Assembly: GCA_951406725.2 (NCBI GenBank)
Contig: OX597817.1
Location: 102,114,001-102,178,000, forward strand
Reading direction: 5' to 3'
Origin: Octopus vulgaris
Lineage: Eukaryota
Length of the DNA: 64,000 nucleotides
The notes under the pieces were generated by a model. The model was not told where the DNA came from, did no database searches, and saw only the letters and a program-made list of their open reading frames with translations. Of the stretch, positions 52,257 to 64,000 are shown one piece after another. The translations under genes were made by a program, and so were the position numbers. Numbering within the stretch: the first letter of the stretch is position 1; each line of letters begins with the position of its first letter.

Positions 52257-54233
52257 TTAATTCTATTCACCATCCACTACACTCACTGTTTATATACATA
52301 TGACCATTTCCACTCCATGCTTATATCCACTTCTCATTCTCTCCTCACACTCTTGCAATGTGGTTCTCCTGTTTCCATGCTCCCTTCTCTTCACTTTTTA
52401 GACATGTTACCTTAAGGGTGTGTTCTGGCATCTTGTCACCACCATATTTACCTCTCTTAATGAGGAGATACCCATGCCACCCAACCATGTGAAATGCAAA
52501 GTAGTCATGAATTTCCTCCACAACAAACCTATTTGTTCCTATTTTTCCCATCACACATAAAGCAACCATCCTATCTCCAATTCTTCCTCTCAGGCAAGTT
52601 TGTTAATCTTGCAAATTACAAGGCAATCTCATCTGTGTTTGTGCCATGAATAAAGCACAACACCATACCAAAACAGTAACACTAGAGCAAGACATGGTCC
52701 TCTAATGTAATGAATTCTGTTTAACAGTAACTGACCTATGTCAGCATAGAAAGAGAGTTTAAAAATGATTATAATGATAATAAAGATGAGATCTACATGC
52801 ACACACATACAATTGTATACGTGCATTTATTTATACACATTTGTAAGTATACTTACACACACTCACTCACTCACTAACACACACACAGAAACATATTTAT
52901 ATATACTTGCATACACACAGTAGGTATCAGTGCTTTGCATCTTTGGCCAAACTGTTCCAGAGAATTAAAATCTAGTGAAACAGCAGCAGCATTACAGATT
53001 TGATGAGTATTTCAACAGCTTACAGTTGTAAGATGAACTCTGCCTTTAGATTCAGATTAGAGAAGGATATAAGCCCTATTCCGTTGACTTGCTTAATACA
53101 TATGGCATGAGAAATTATTCAAAGTTTCTCCAACTCCTGTTGATCTATTGATTTATAGCACTTATCATGCATTTCATTACATGGCTGTAGTACTTTTAAA
53201 CATACATCTACTTGTTTAGCTCTAGGTCAGTCCTGATTCAGCAATCTTATAATCAAAGAAGTTGGAGCTATGATCATCCAGTCTTTTTTTTTTTTTTAAA
53301 GGTATATTGTATTCAAGGATACATTATTCTGAATACACGTCATTTGAAGGAGACTTGGTTGCTATTTCTAGTAGGTTAAGTGATAACATAGAGGTTTTCT
53401 TTTTAGGTTAACATAGAGTTAACCTAAGGTAAAGATCAACAGGAAGTCTCTGCAGCATTATATTACAATGTTTTACTGAGGTATAAACTCAACTAGTTTT
53501 AGAATCTCTTCAATGTCTAAAGTAATCTTATTGCTTTAAGGTAAAGTACAAAAGAAAATCACCAAACACATTTCATAGTTCAGGTATAAAAAAAAGGGGG
53601 AGTAAAAATGCATTTTTCTAAAAAAACTAATTTTAAGTTTTTACAATGCTGATTTTGTATATATAAAAATTGTACCATCTTTCAATTCTATTATTAGTGG
53701 AAGAGTATCAATAGGCAAACACATAATGCCTATACATGGCACCTGCTACAGACAATCGTATAATACATGATATTATTATCCAAGGAATAGTTTCTTATAA
53801 AAATTCTTAATATAAGATGTTTAGCTCTTCCTTTCTTTTCATTCAGTTTATAGAATACAGGATGGTGGTAACCTCTTCCTTTAGGCATGGTTTAGTTAAA
53901 AAGGAAATAAATGAAAAAGGTTTTAAGTTTCTTCAACCCAAGGCACTCATATACAACTTTTCAGTATGATCTAAGTAGATTGTAAAAACACAGGAGATAT
54001 AACTCACCTGTTGTATACAATGGGCTTTTACAGGAAATAATTGAAGATATAATTCAATTCTAACAAATAGTAATTAATTTATAAATTAGTGTCAGAAGTG
54101 GAGAGGTCACGAGGAAGTCTATCGAGCTTTCCTTGTATCTGTTATTATAATTATTACTATCGAGAAATAGTAACATAGGCATATGTGTGTAATGAAGCAT
54201 GTATTTGCACTTGTAATATATAGAGTACAGTAA

Positions 54234-54428
54234 GGCAGTGAGCTGACAGAAATGTTAGCGGTATTTCGTCTGTCTTCACGCTCTGAGTTCAAATTCCACT
54301 GAGGCCGACTTTGCCTTTCATCCTTTCATGGTTGATAAATTAAGTACCAGTTGCATACTGGGGTCTCCCTAATCAACTGGTCCCCCCCAAAAAAAAATTT
54401 TGGGCCTTGTGCCTAGAGTAGAAAAGAA
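54234..54428 (+). mobile_element. tRNA-derived SINE (2741 family)
   Basis: GGCAGTGAGCTGACAGAAATGTTAGCGG...GAGTTCAAATTCC...GCCTTTCATCCTTTC...AAGTACCAG. Confidence 0.85.
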
Positions 54429-56129
54429 TATATTGAGTACAAAGCTGAATGTATATTTTAAAAAGGTATCTCAACCATAAAAATGGTTTGTACTACACTG
54501 AGATAAAAAAGAGGATTAATTCAGGATAAAATTTAGAATAAACATTAGTAAAAAACAAGTAAAACTTGTTGCTGATATGAAAAAGAGAAGATATGAAACA
54601 TGCTTTGATACTTTGAACAGTAACTGTTTAGTCAATGAACAATCTAAAGTAAGAAAGTGAGATGCTTCACAAATGATAAAAATCTAAAATTTCTCTCAAC
54701 GTTTGAATATAAATGATGCTCATGGAATTATTTGTGACTTGAAGAACCAATGGCAAAGAGAGCAGAGTGCCAGATTAAATGTAATATAGTATTAACGTTT
54801 CTAGCTCAAATTTTGACAGAACACAATTTACAACAGATTTTTCTATGCATAAAATATGTGTATTAGTCCTTTTGATACCAACTAACCTGAGAAAGACCAT
54901 GATTCTATAATATAAACTTCCCCTTTTCAAAATGATCTGAAGTAAAACCTGACTGCAAAATTCCATGATAGCTTATGTTTTGAATGACCAACTAATTGTG
55001 ATAGAATTAATTTTACTAAATTCTTTATTAAAAAAGCAGTGTATTTCTGTAGCAATGTGGTAAAAAAAAGGATTAATATTTGAGTTGATGAATTAAAAAA
55101 AATAGATATTATCTATAAAACCCATGTAGCTTCCATTGATCCTTTTAAACAAATAAATAAAACAGGGATACATGCAGGAAAATCTTAAGATTTTACCCAA
55201 CTTAATTTATTGTATAAGTTTATGTTAATGTTATACTTACTTAATGTATACTGATCTAAAATGGTTGAATGGAGAAAAGTAATTTGAGAATCCCAATGTT
55301 AAATTCTTACTCCAGGATACAGTTTATAACTTGCTCATTCATGTTGATTTCAGATGTTATACATGTATACTGACTTTCAGTCTTTGTATTATGTTACAAC
55401 TTGAAAATGTAGACTGGCCCCCTCCTTCAACTGAGGGTATATAAATGCTGATATTAATCTTTTATACTGGCCACAATTATTATATTTTTTAATGGAAAAT
55501 TATCCATGTAAAAATGTAACATTTAGTAACAGAGTCATAAATTTTTTTTTTATAATAATTGCCATTCAGATCTCTATTACATTGTAAGATGAGGTTATTC
55601 TTAAAGGAAAACAGGAAGCTAAACATATTTCAAGAAAACTGAAAGAACTATGTCACAAATTTAGCAATTTATTAAGAGTAAGTGGAAAACCAATCAAATT
55701 TTCTCAAATGTTCATCAGAATGCTTAAATATATAATCTGATTAGTTAACAACATTTTTATGACTGGCAAGTTATTTATAGAGCATTATAATGTAGGCAAG
55801 GCTGTGTGGGTAAGAAGTTTTCTTTGCACCATAGTCAAATGTCTTCTACAACAACCTTGGGCCAACCTAAACTGTGTGAGCGGATTTGGTTGACAGAAAC
55901 TGAAAAGACATTTTATACATTATCATAATTATTTCACTTTTCCATGCTTGCGGGAGTCAGATGAAATTTGTTGAGGCAAATTTTCTACAGCCAGATGCCT
56001 GTCCTATCACCAACTTACACTTGTTTCCATGCAAGGTACTATTTTTCCATGTTACCAGACATGTTTTACATGAAAGACTGAAAATGAATATCACTTGTAT
56101 GACAGTGATGCAAATTTACAATCATATAT

Positions 56130-56162
<33 letters not shown>

Positions 56163-58607
56163 CCTGTCTGTGTAGGCATAACTATGTGGTAAGATGTTTG
56201 CTTCCCAACCGCATGGTTCCAGGTTCAGAGTAGATTTGGTAGCCAGAAACGTGTGCGTATGCATGTGTATGTGTTTCCAACACCACTGCTTGACAACTGA
56301 TGTTGGTTTTGTTTACATACTCGTAACTTGGCAGTTAAAAAAAAAGAGGCTGATAGAATAAGTACCAGGCTTCAGAAAAATAAGTACTGAGGTTGATTAG
56401 TTCAACTAAAGCCCCTTCGAGACAGTACCCTAGCATGACTGCAGTCCAATGGCTGAAACAGCTACAAGAGGAAAGCTCTATATGTATATGACAGGCTTCT
56501 TTCAGGTTGATCCAGGACTATAGTAGATGACACTAGCCCAAGGTGCCATGCAGTGGAATTGAACTCAAAGCCAAGTGGTTGGGGAACAAGCTTCTTAAGC
56601 ACACAGGCATGCCTATGTGTGTAGTTCTTGCTTGTTTTGTGCATTCAAAGCCATAACAAATAATATATTCTTTACTTTAAAAACAGGTTAGGGTAATGAC
56701 AAGAAGGGCATCTGGCTGTAAAACAATGTCTCAATAATATATCCATCTAATCCATGCAAGCATAGAAATATGGATGTGAAAAAATAACTGTTTATATTAC
56801 TAGTTTTATTATTCATGACAGGGATTAAAAATGCTTTTCTTGGTAACCATTCCCCACTTAGTTCCTGCAACAATCTGTTTATGGAAACTAATTTGCTAGC
56901 CAATGATTTAAAAGTTAATTAGGTAAATAATTCAACTATTTATTCTATAAGTGATAAAAAGCAATATTCAACAAGCAGCACTAATTAGCTCCTATCAGAT
57001 TTGTGATTATTCAATTAGTCAAGCAACCTTTCTAATTAGCATCATTCTTTTAAAAGAATTTTAATACAAAATGTGTTGTTAGTTAAAAAGTATAAATTAA
57101 CTATCATACTTGTAAAGTCAAGACCCCCAAGGTTTTAGTTTCAGTATCATGACGTCAACCGGAAAACAGATAATTGAACAGGATTTGTTGTTTTTGAATG
57201 ATCTGTGCTGAGTTCAAAAATGTTACTTAATTCCTATACTATTAATAGAGAGTGCTACAAACAAATTCACTATTTATGGCTTCAGTACAAGAAAAGAAAT
57301 CCTATAAGTTTAAAAACCTAACAAAAACACACTCAGCAATAATGTAATGATGAAATAAGGAAATGAAATATTAGAGCTAATTATGTAAGTCTATAAAAAG
57401 AAAACTATAGACTCTACAAAAAAAAAAATATCAGTACTATTTTTGAGCTTTGAAATTGGTAGGATAAAATATTAAAAAATAGTTTCAGCTCAGTTTCGTT
57501 TGGAAGCATCTATAGTTTTCAATTTTTCCAATCAATTGCAGTTATGATTACAGATAATTTCAGTATTTCTTTAAAACTCAGTCAACATAAAATTACTACA
57601 TTAAATGATTTAACACAATTTGATTCACTTTGTTTCCTAATAACTAATATGGCACAAAATTAACCAACAGACAGCTAAATTATTAAAAAACATCTCCCCA
57701 CCCCTATTTTGGAGGAGGTTGTTTACTGTAAAGTATAACTATATAAATAATACAAATTATACATCTGCATTTCAGGTTAAAATTTTAGCATGGCAATCAA
57801 TTTGGAACATTCCTTCTTCAAAACCCACAACATTGAATGGAGTGCAACAATGCATTTTATTCAGGTATTAAATTGCTTCTAGGGCTAGATTTTAAAATTA
57901 AACTAAATAGCTAAATCAATATACCACTCACAAACAAGTTGGCTGTCATGATTGATGGAAAGAGTATTATTTTAGCACAGATTTATTTATGAAAAATAGT
58001 TTCTTCTAAATTTATGTTGCAATTTTTAAAAAAAGCTGACACAAAAGATTTTTTTTTCCCATCAGAAATTGAAATTTATCAGTAAGCCAACATTTCCTCT
58101 CATAATTGAAACTTGCTTTTTAAAATAACATGTGATGATCTTCGCTGCACCAAATAAAACATAAGAATATAGAAATGCGTCATAACTTATTTTGGGTTCA
58201 GAAATATGTGAAATTGTTATTGCTTAAAATAAAATGATTATATATCAATATGAATAACAAGAGGAAATACTATAGGGATACAAAAAGAAATTTTGATACT
58301 TTTTATCTTGAAAATATATATTTTCCAACTTAACGTAAATAAGATTTACTAATTAAAAACTGAATCCACTTTCAATGTGTAAAGCTAATATAAGCTTTAC
58401 ATGTAAATGATAAATAAAGATAGCAATAAAACTGATAATAAATTAAACATTTAATCCAGCTTCTTCATTTTATAGTGGTTAAAAATTTAACTGTATTATA
58501 TTTATAGTCTTATAACTTCAACCATGGTAGAAATGATACAGTTAATCAGTGAAAGCTAAGTGGTTAGTCACAAAATGGAGATTACCTCCCACATTTAGAG
58601 AGTGCAG

Positions 58608-58779
58608 TCATCATCATTGTTTAACGTCTGTTTTCCATACTAGCATGGGTTGGATGGTTCAACTGGGGTCTGGGAAACCAGGAGGCTGCACCAGGCTCCA
58701 GTCTGATCTGGCAGTGTTTCTACAGCTGGATGGCCTTCCTAATGCCAACCACTCCGTGAGTGTAGTGGGTGCTTTTTAC
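58608..58779 (-). mobile_element. RTE LINE 3' tail fragment
   Basis: Near copy of 39956-40126. Confidence 0.85.
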
Positions 58780-60295
58780 AAATAATAAACCTACAGACCA
58801 ACTACAGTATGCACTTAATAAATACAAATACTTCTCTTAGTATCTGAATAAATTCTGTTTACAAGAGGAAACCCAAAAGGTTGGCATAAAAAAATTAAAT
58901 GTTATTACATTTAATTTTTTTATCCCAAAGTTAAACAGCTGATTTAAGTGAGTTTTAAATAAAGCAAAATGTATTCTTTATTAAGTATAAGAATTAATGT
59001 GAACCTCTGTAATATAAATTAATAATCCAATTCATAAACTATGAAAAGTTTAGAGCCTGTCAATGCATTTTTCCTAATGAAAAATAATTCTCTAACTCTT
59101 TTCTTTCAAGTTATATGGCTATTTCAAAAATGTGCAGCAGAGTTTAGTTTCCCTCTTTAGAAGTTCATATATAGTAAAACCATGGTTATCCAAATATCAA
59201 TTAACTAAATTGAGATCATATTGGCCATACTGTGTATAGTTTGAACTCCCAAACAATACTAGTTCTACCATTTTGTCATTTGCTTACAATGATTAAAATA
59301 AATTTGAATTTCTGAAGAACATGGAAAAACACTACATCAAAGAGTTGTTACTGATATTGTTGTGACAACTGCACTTTCTGTCTGCAGCTGTCAGAAATAC
59401 TATGTGATGATTGCTCTAACAAAGAAAATGACTGACATGCTAAAGGATTTAAGGGTATGGCAAAATCAGTAGTATTTTACACTCACTCAATGACTTTTTC
59501 CAGAATACCCATCTGTTACAAGAATTAAAGTTTGTTACTGTTATCATCTTTGTGAAGAGAAATCAAACACCATTGACAAACAAATGGAAAAAAGATTTTA
59601 CAGTGTCTGGATTGTAGTGAAAAAGGTATTAAAAACAGCACAAGAGCTCCACACTTTATCAGTTGAATGACAAAAACTCTGGAAATATGTTTCTTTTTTT
59701 TTTTCCTATTTAAGAATCTACATTCAATATGGCTTTCTTTATGATCAGATTAGTTATCTGAACAAAATACTCCCTGACAGTTTCCCATCTAGATAACTGT
59801 TGTCTGAGTATACCTAATTCTCTCATATTTTACAAAATACCAAATTGGATACAACATTAGAGATGACTGAATAAATGATATTACCATTCAGTAACTATGT
59901 ATAGTACAAGAAGAGTTTATCTGAGAAATCTGAAACAGTGTTTTGAAGTTTATCATATATATTCATATGCACTTTCTGTGCTATCAATTTACTCAGTCAG
60001 GAGTGGTGTACAAAATGAGGGATGCAAAAAATGTTTGTAACATTTTTTTTTATTAGTAAAAGCTAATGTTAACACAGAGTTGAGTAGACTATATTACTGG
60101 TGAGGTTAAATATGATTGAAACAGGTACACAGTTGTCCTCTTTCCCATCTGCAAACAAGGAACACATTTTGCTTGGCTAGGTTTTTGCTTCTTTTACTAG
60201 CTAAAAGAAATTTCAATTTATTGGGAATTTTTTGTCGTTCCTATTCAGTACATTCTCCTTTCAACATATTATTGGTCTACTCAAGTTATCTCCTT

Positions 60296-60678
60296 TATTC
60301 TTTTATTCTTTTACTTGTTTCAGTCATTTGACTATGGTCGTGCTGGAACACAGCCTTTAGTCGAATAAATCGACCCCAGGACTTATTCTTTGTAAGCCCA
60401 GTACTTAATTTATCAGTCTCTTTTGCTGAACCACTAAGTTAAAGGGACATAAACACACCAACATTGGTTGTCAAGTTGGGGGAACAAACACAGACACACA
60501 AATACACACACACACACATATATATATATTATATATATGATGGGCTTCTTTCAGTTTCTGTCAACCAAATCCACTCATAAGGCTTTGGTCAGCCCGAGGC
60601 TACAGTAGAAGACACTTGCCCAAGGTGCCACGCAATGGGACTGAACTCAGAATGATGTGGTTGGGAAGCAAGCTTCTT
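60296..60678 (-). mobile_element. tRNA/CORE-like SINE body; its 5' head is displaced to 62539-62573 by the nested insertion
   Basis: Joined minus strand reads GGCACAGGAGTGGCTATGTGGT AAGAAGCTTG CTTCCCAACCAC..GAGTTCAGTCCC..CACCTTGGGCAAGTGTCTTC. Confidence 0.8.
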
Positions 60679-62538
60679 TTATTCATTAAAGTGGCCATAA
60701 AGGCCTTACAAAGAAAGGAAACTGGGCTGTACAAGGACATAATGAGATGAAATGATAGACGATATGATAATAATGAGGGCAACAGCAACACCCGCCAATT
60801 GTTGTTTACCCGAGCACATTATTCTTTATAAGTATCATATTGAGGCAACAAACTTCTTACATAGTAAAACATCAAGGAGGCAATAAACCTTTTACATTTA
60901 GAACAAGAAAGCCATTGTGAGGCAGTAAACCCCTTACACAAGTCAAAAATCAATCAAACAATACAAATGAGGCACCAAGCCTCTTACTTTAATTAATTAC
61001 ACATCTTCCTGCCTGACTAGACTTCTTGCCTTGGTCAAACACCTGGACGGTGTCAAGTCAGGCCGCTTTAATACAAAATTAAAAGTGTCCGCCGGGAAGG
61101 AGTTCATTATGCTGCACAGATCCGTTTCCCATATGACCTCCGCAGCCACCTGCAAAGGCCAGTCAGGGTCCTCCGTGCAGGACAGAATCACTTCCCTTCG
61201 GCTTTTCTCTTTAAAGTTCTTGATGAAGTTTTCTATTGTCCCTTCCTTATGGAAGAGGACCACAAACTCCTCCTCCACAGCATGGGAGGGATCTATAGTT
61301 TCTACCTTCGGTGACACAACTCCCATGGAAGGTACTTTGGGACATGCCGGCAGTGTATCACAAACAGCTGGCAATGTCCCGTTTTTCTTTTTTTTTTCCC
61401 ATGAGCCACGGGAGGGTGGTGTTCCTCCACTTTGTCCAGCAGATCCTGCCTTCCTCCCGCAGCCTTCGGTGAGCAACAATGGTTGCCCACTTTTCGTTTT
61501 TTTACCTTTTTTCGAGGCGGTTTCCATCTCAACTTCCTCCCTCTCTTCCTCCAACGAGGGAGCAGGGAGTGGTATTTTTATCAACTCCTCCAGGACCTTA
61601 TTTTGGTCCTTAGGGCAGTTCTTTTTGATATGGCCTGGCTCCAGGCACAGGTGACACTTGGGGGAGGGGGGGCTCAAGCATCACCGAATACATAGACCTG
61701 GCCATTCTTAAAAAATCTGGAAATACCAGATTTTCGGATGATTGGGTCCATAGGGTCAAAACAGCTTTTGACCCCTCCCAATCAGCCACAGGCAGAATGT
61801 TCACATTGAGTAGCTTGGTACTGCTGCCACCCAGACCCCAGCAGATAGTATCCTCTATCCACTCGGGCTCAATTCCGAGTGGCAAACCACAGGCCCAAGC
61901 CCTTGTCAACTTCTTCCCACAATAAGTGGGAAGAAACAAAATTTCCCTGCCCTTGAAAGCCTCTTCAGTGGTGTCAAATAGCAACACAAGTCTTTCATTG
62001 TTCTTTGCCATGTTTAATTAAAACGTCCAAAGACAGTTCATAAAATTCAAATAATTTGAGAGAAAAAGAAAGAAAGTTCCAACAAAAAGGAAGAAGAAAA
62101 ATAAACAGCTCAAATAAAGGGTTCCAAAATGAAAGATAGAAGAAAGCAACAATTCAATACACAGCAAAAAATTTTTAGGCCACACGGTACTCCCGGCCTT
62201 CACTTGAAACTGGAACACAGCTTCTCACAGTTGTTGAAAAGTTATTCCAAAAATATTTCACAAAGTTATTCTTCAACAGGAACAATTTAATTGAGAACAA
62301 CACTATTCTCAAAGTAAGTTTGGAGGCAGAATACTCCTCCAAACAGCAATTCTCACAATTAAGTGAGAAAAACAAACTGCTCTACCACAGGCAGACCAAA
62401 GCCCAGAATCCAGTGAGGACTCCTTGCTTGTACAAAAATAAATTTCACAAACAACGAACCCCACTGGACCCAAAAAGCAAAATGTCTTACCTTACAGTAG
62501 AGCCTCTTTCAGTAACAACTTTTGTCTGCTGCAAACCA
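60679..62538 (-). mobile_element. ORF1/Gag-like-only non-autonomous retroelement (CCHC zinc knuckle), 10-bp TSD
   Basis: TSD CAAGCTTCTT at 60669-60678 and 62539-62548. ORFs 62011-61610 and 61677-60997 overlap across a C-run. Zinc knuckle CHLCLEPGHIKKNC (CX2CX4HX4C). The 3' end is AATGAATAAAA. No RT or endonuclease is recognisable. Confidence 0.8.
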
Positions 62539-64000
62539 CAAGCTTCTTACCACATAGCCACTCCTGTGCCTATTTAGTTCATAATATTTTTTTTCCCTAA
62601 AATTATGCAATATATCTATTTTGTTACTGACATTCTTGAATATATTTCCTGTGAAAGCTATCTATTTCAATTACAAATACTACAAATAAGCTTTGATATT
62701 TTCTTTCTTTTAACACATGTTCCTTCTTATCATCTATATTTATTATCATAGCTATTGCTTCTCTGGGTTTAACAAAATCCTTTAATCTATTTCTTTCAAA
62801 CACTTCCATAATTCTTTCCCAGTAAATTTTTACTAAAGGGCATGTCCAATCTTTCGTCTATATGTCCAATATACTTGAGGATTTATAGTCTCTACACATA
62901 TCATCTCTAAGCAAATATTAACTACACTGAACAAACTAGCTTTAACCCTCTGATTTCATTGACATTACAGTCAGGCTACATTCATGCCTTTCTTCTCTTC
63001 TGCCATAGCTGTATATGACTGGACTTAGGTCAACACAAAGTATAGTTTATTACACATACACACACAATGAATAATTCAGCAGTGATAGGACAGTCAAAGA
63101 TTATAAATGCAAAACATTTATTTATATTTAATGTATTTTTTCACTACCTTATTTGTTCTGGTCTGTCCTATGTCACACACACACATACACACATATATAT
63201 ATATACACACACACACATATATATATACACACATACACACAAGGAAGAAGTTATTCAGCATGACTGTACATATTATATAGTTAGTAATAACTGGAAGATT
63301 ATAAATTTATAATTCATATTATCCCATAATTATATGTTGTATAGAGTTTTCAGAAAAGCTGGTGAATCAAATAATGTTAGTTAAACATGTAGTAGTGATT
63401 GATAAATATATTTTCTGAGAAACAGAAATATGCCAAGTGGTAGTTCATATATTAATTGTTGGGATGGGGTTGGAGTCAGGTTGGGGTGTTCAAGGAAGCA
63501 GCAATGCTGGTTGATAGAACCTAATATTTTATCTGAAGTAGGTGAGGTATGTTGGAGTTTATGTTAGGTCTTTCTCCTCCTGGACAGGAACACTAGTCTA
63601 ATTCTTGTTTTGACCATGGGTATATTTGAACTCAACATTGCAAATTAATAGAAACATTTACCAGTTACACAGTGCTGTCATTGCTTAAGGCTTTAAAATG
63701 TGCTTCCATGTAGTATGTATTTGCAGTTTGGTGAACTGAGCTACTAAATACTATCTTCAGTAAGGACAGCTCAGTGCTGGTAACAAAATTTGAATAATCA
63801 ACCTTTGTAAAAATTTCCATGTCCTAGTCAAAGGAGGAAAGGCAGTGCTCATAAGATTTTTAGAGTGGCTGAAACTGTGGTGAAGAAAGGGAGAAAGAAA
63901 CCAGGATTCAAGGGTTAGTTTTAGACTGGAGAACTGGTCTGAATGCTTGCAACAAAGCAGACCCTGCCAAAGGCACCCAAGTGCTAAGTGGTGGCATTAA

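Overview
This is AT-rich animal genomic DNA dense in microsatellites and transposable elements (TEs). The SINE and LINE families look like those of Octopus, which is an inference from repeat recognition. The only host gene I can support is a twisted gastrulation (tsg/TWSG1) homolog on the minus strand. It has three coding exons (34875-34653, 26613-26404, 18251-17722) giving 320 aa, an extra N-terminal cysteine and a ~103-aa charged C-terminal tail. The rest is intron, UTR or flank containing Penelope-like element (PLE) relics, RTE LINE pieces, tRNA-derived SINEs, and mariner, piggyBac, hAT, MULE and Helitron relics. Three things stand out. First, there are type I hammerhead ribozyme folds: a canonical one at 948-1046 and a minimal U3-A8 variant at 42021-42063 inside a short non-coding direct-repeat unit (retrozyme-like). 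Second, a 1.86-kb retroelement bounded by a target-site duplication (TSD) encodes only a zinc-knuckle ORF1/Gag-like protein and is inserted in a SINE's tRNA head. Third, a perfect 69-bp inverted repeat overlaps a hammerhead-like fold. All calls are by eye; no searches or folding programs were run.
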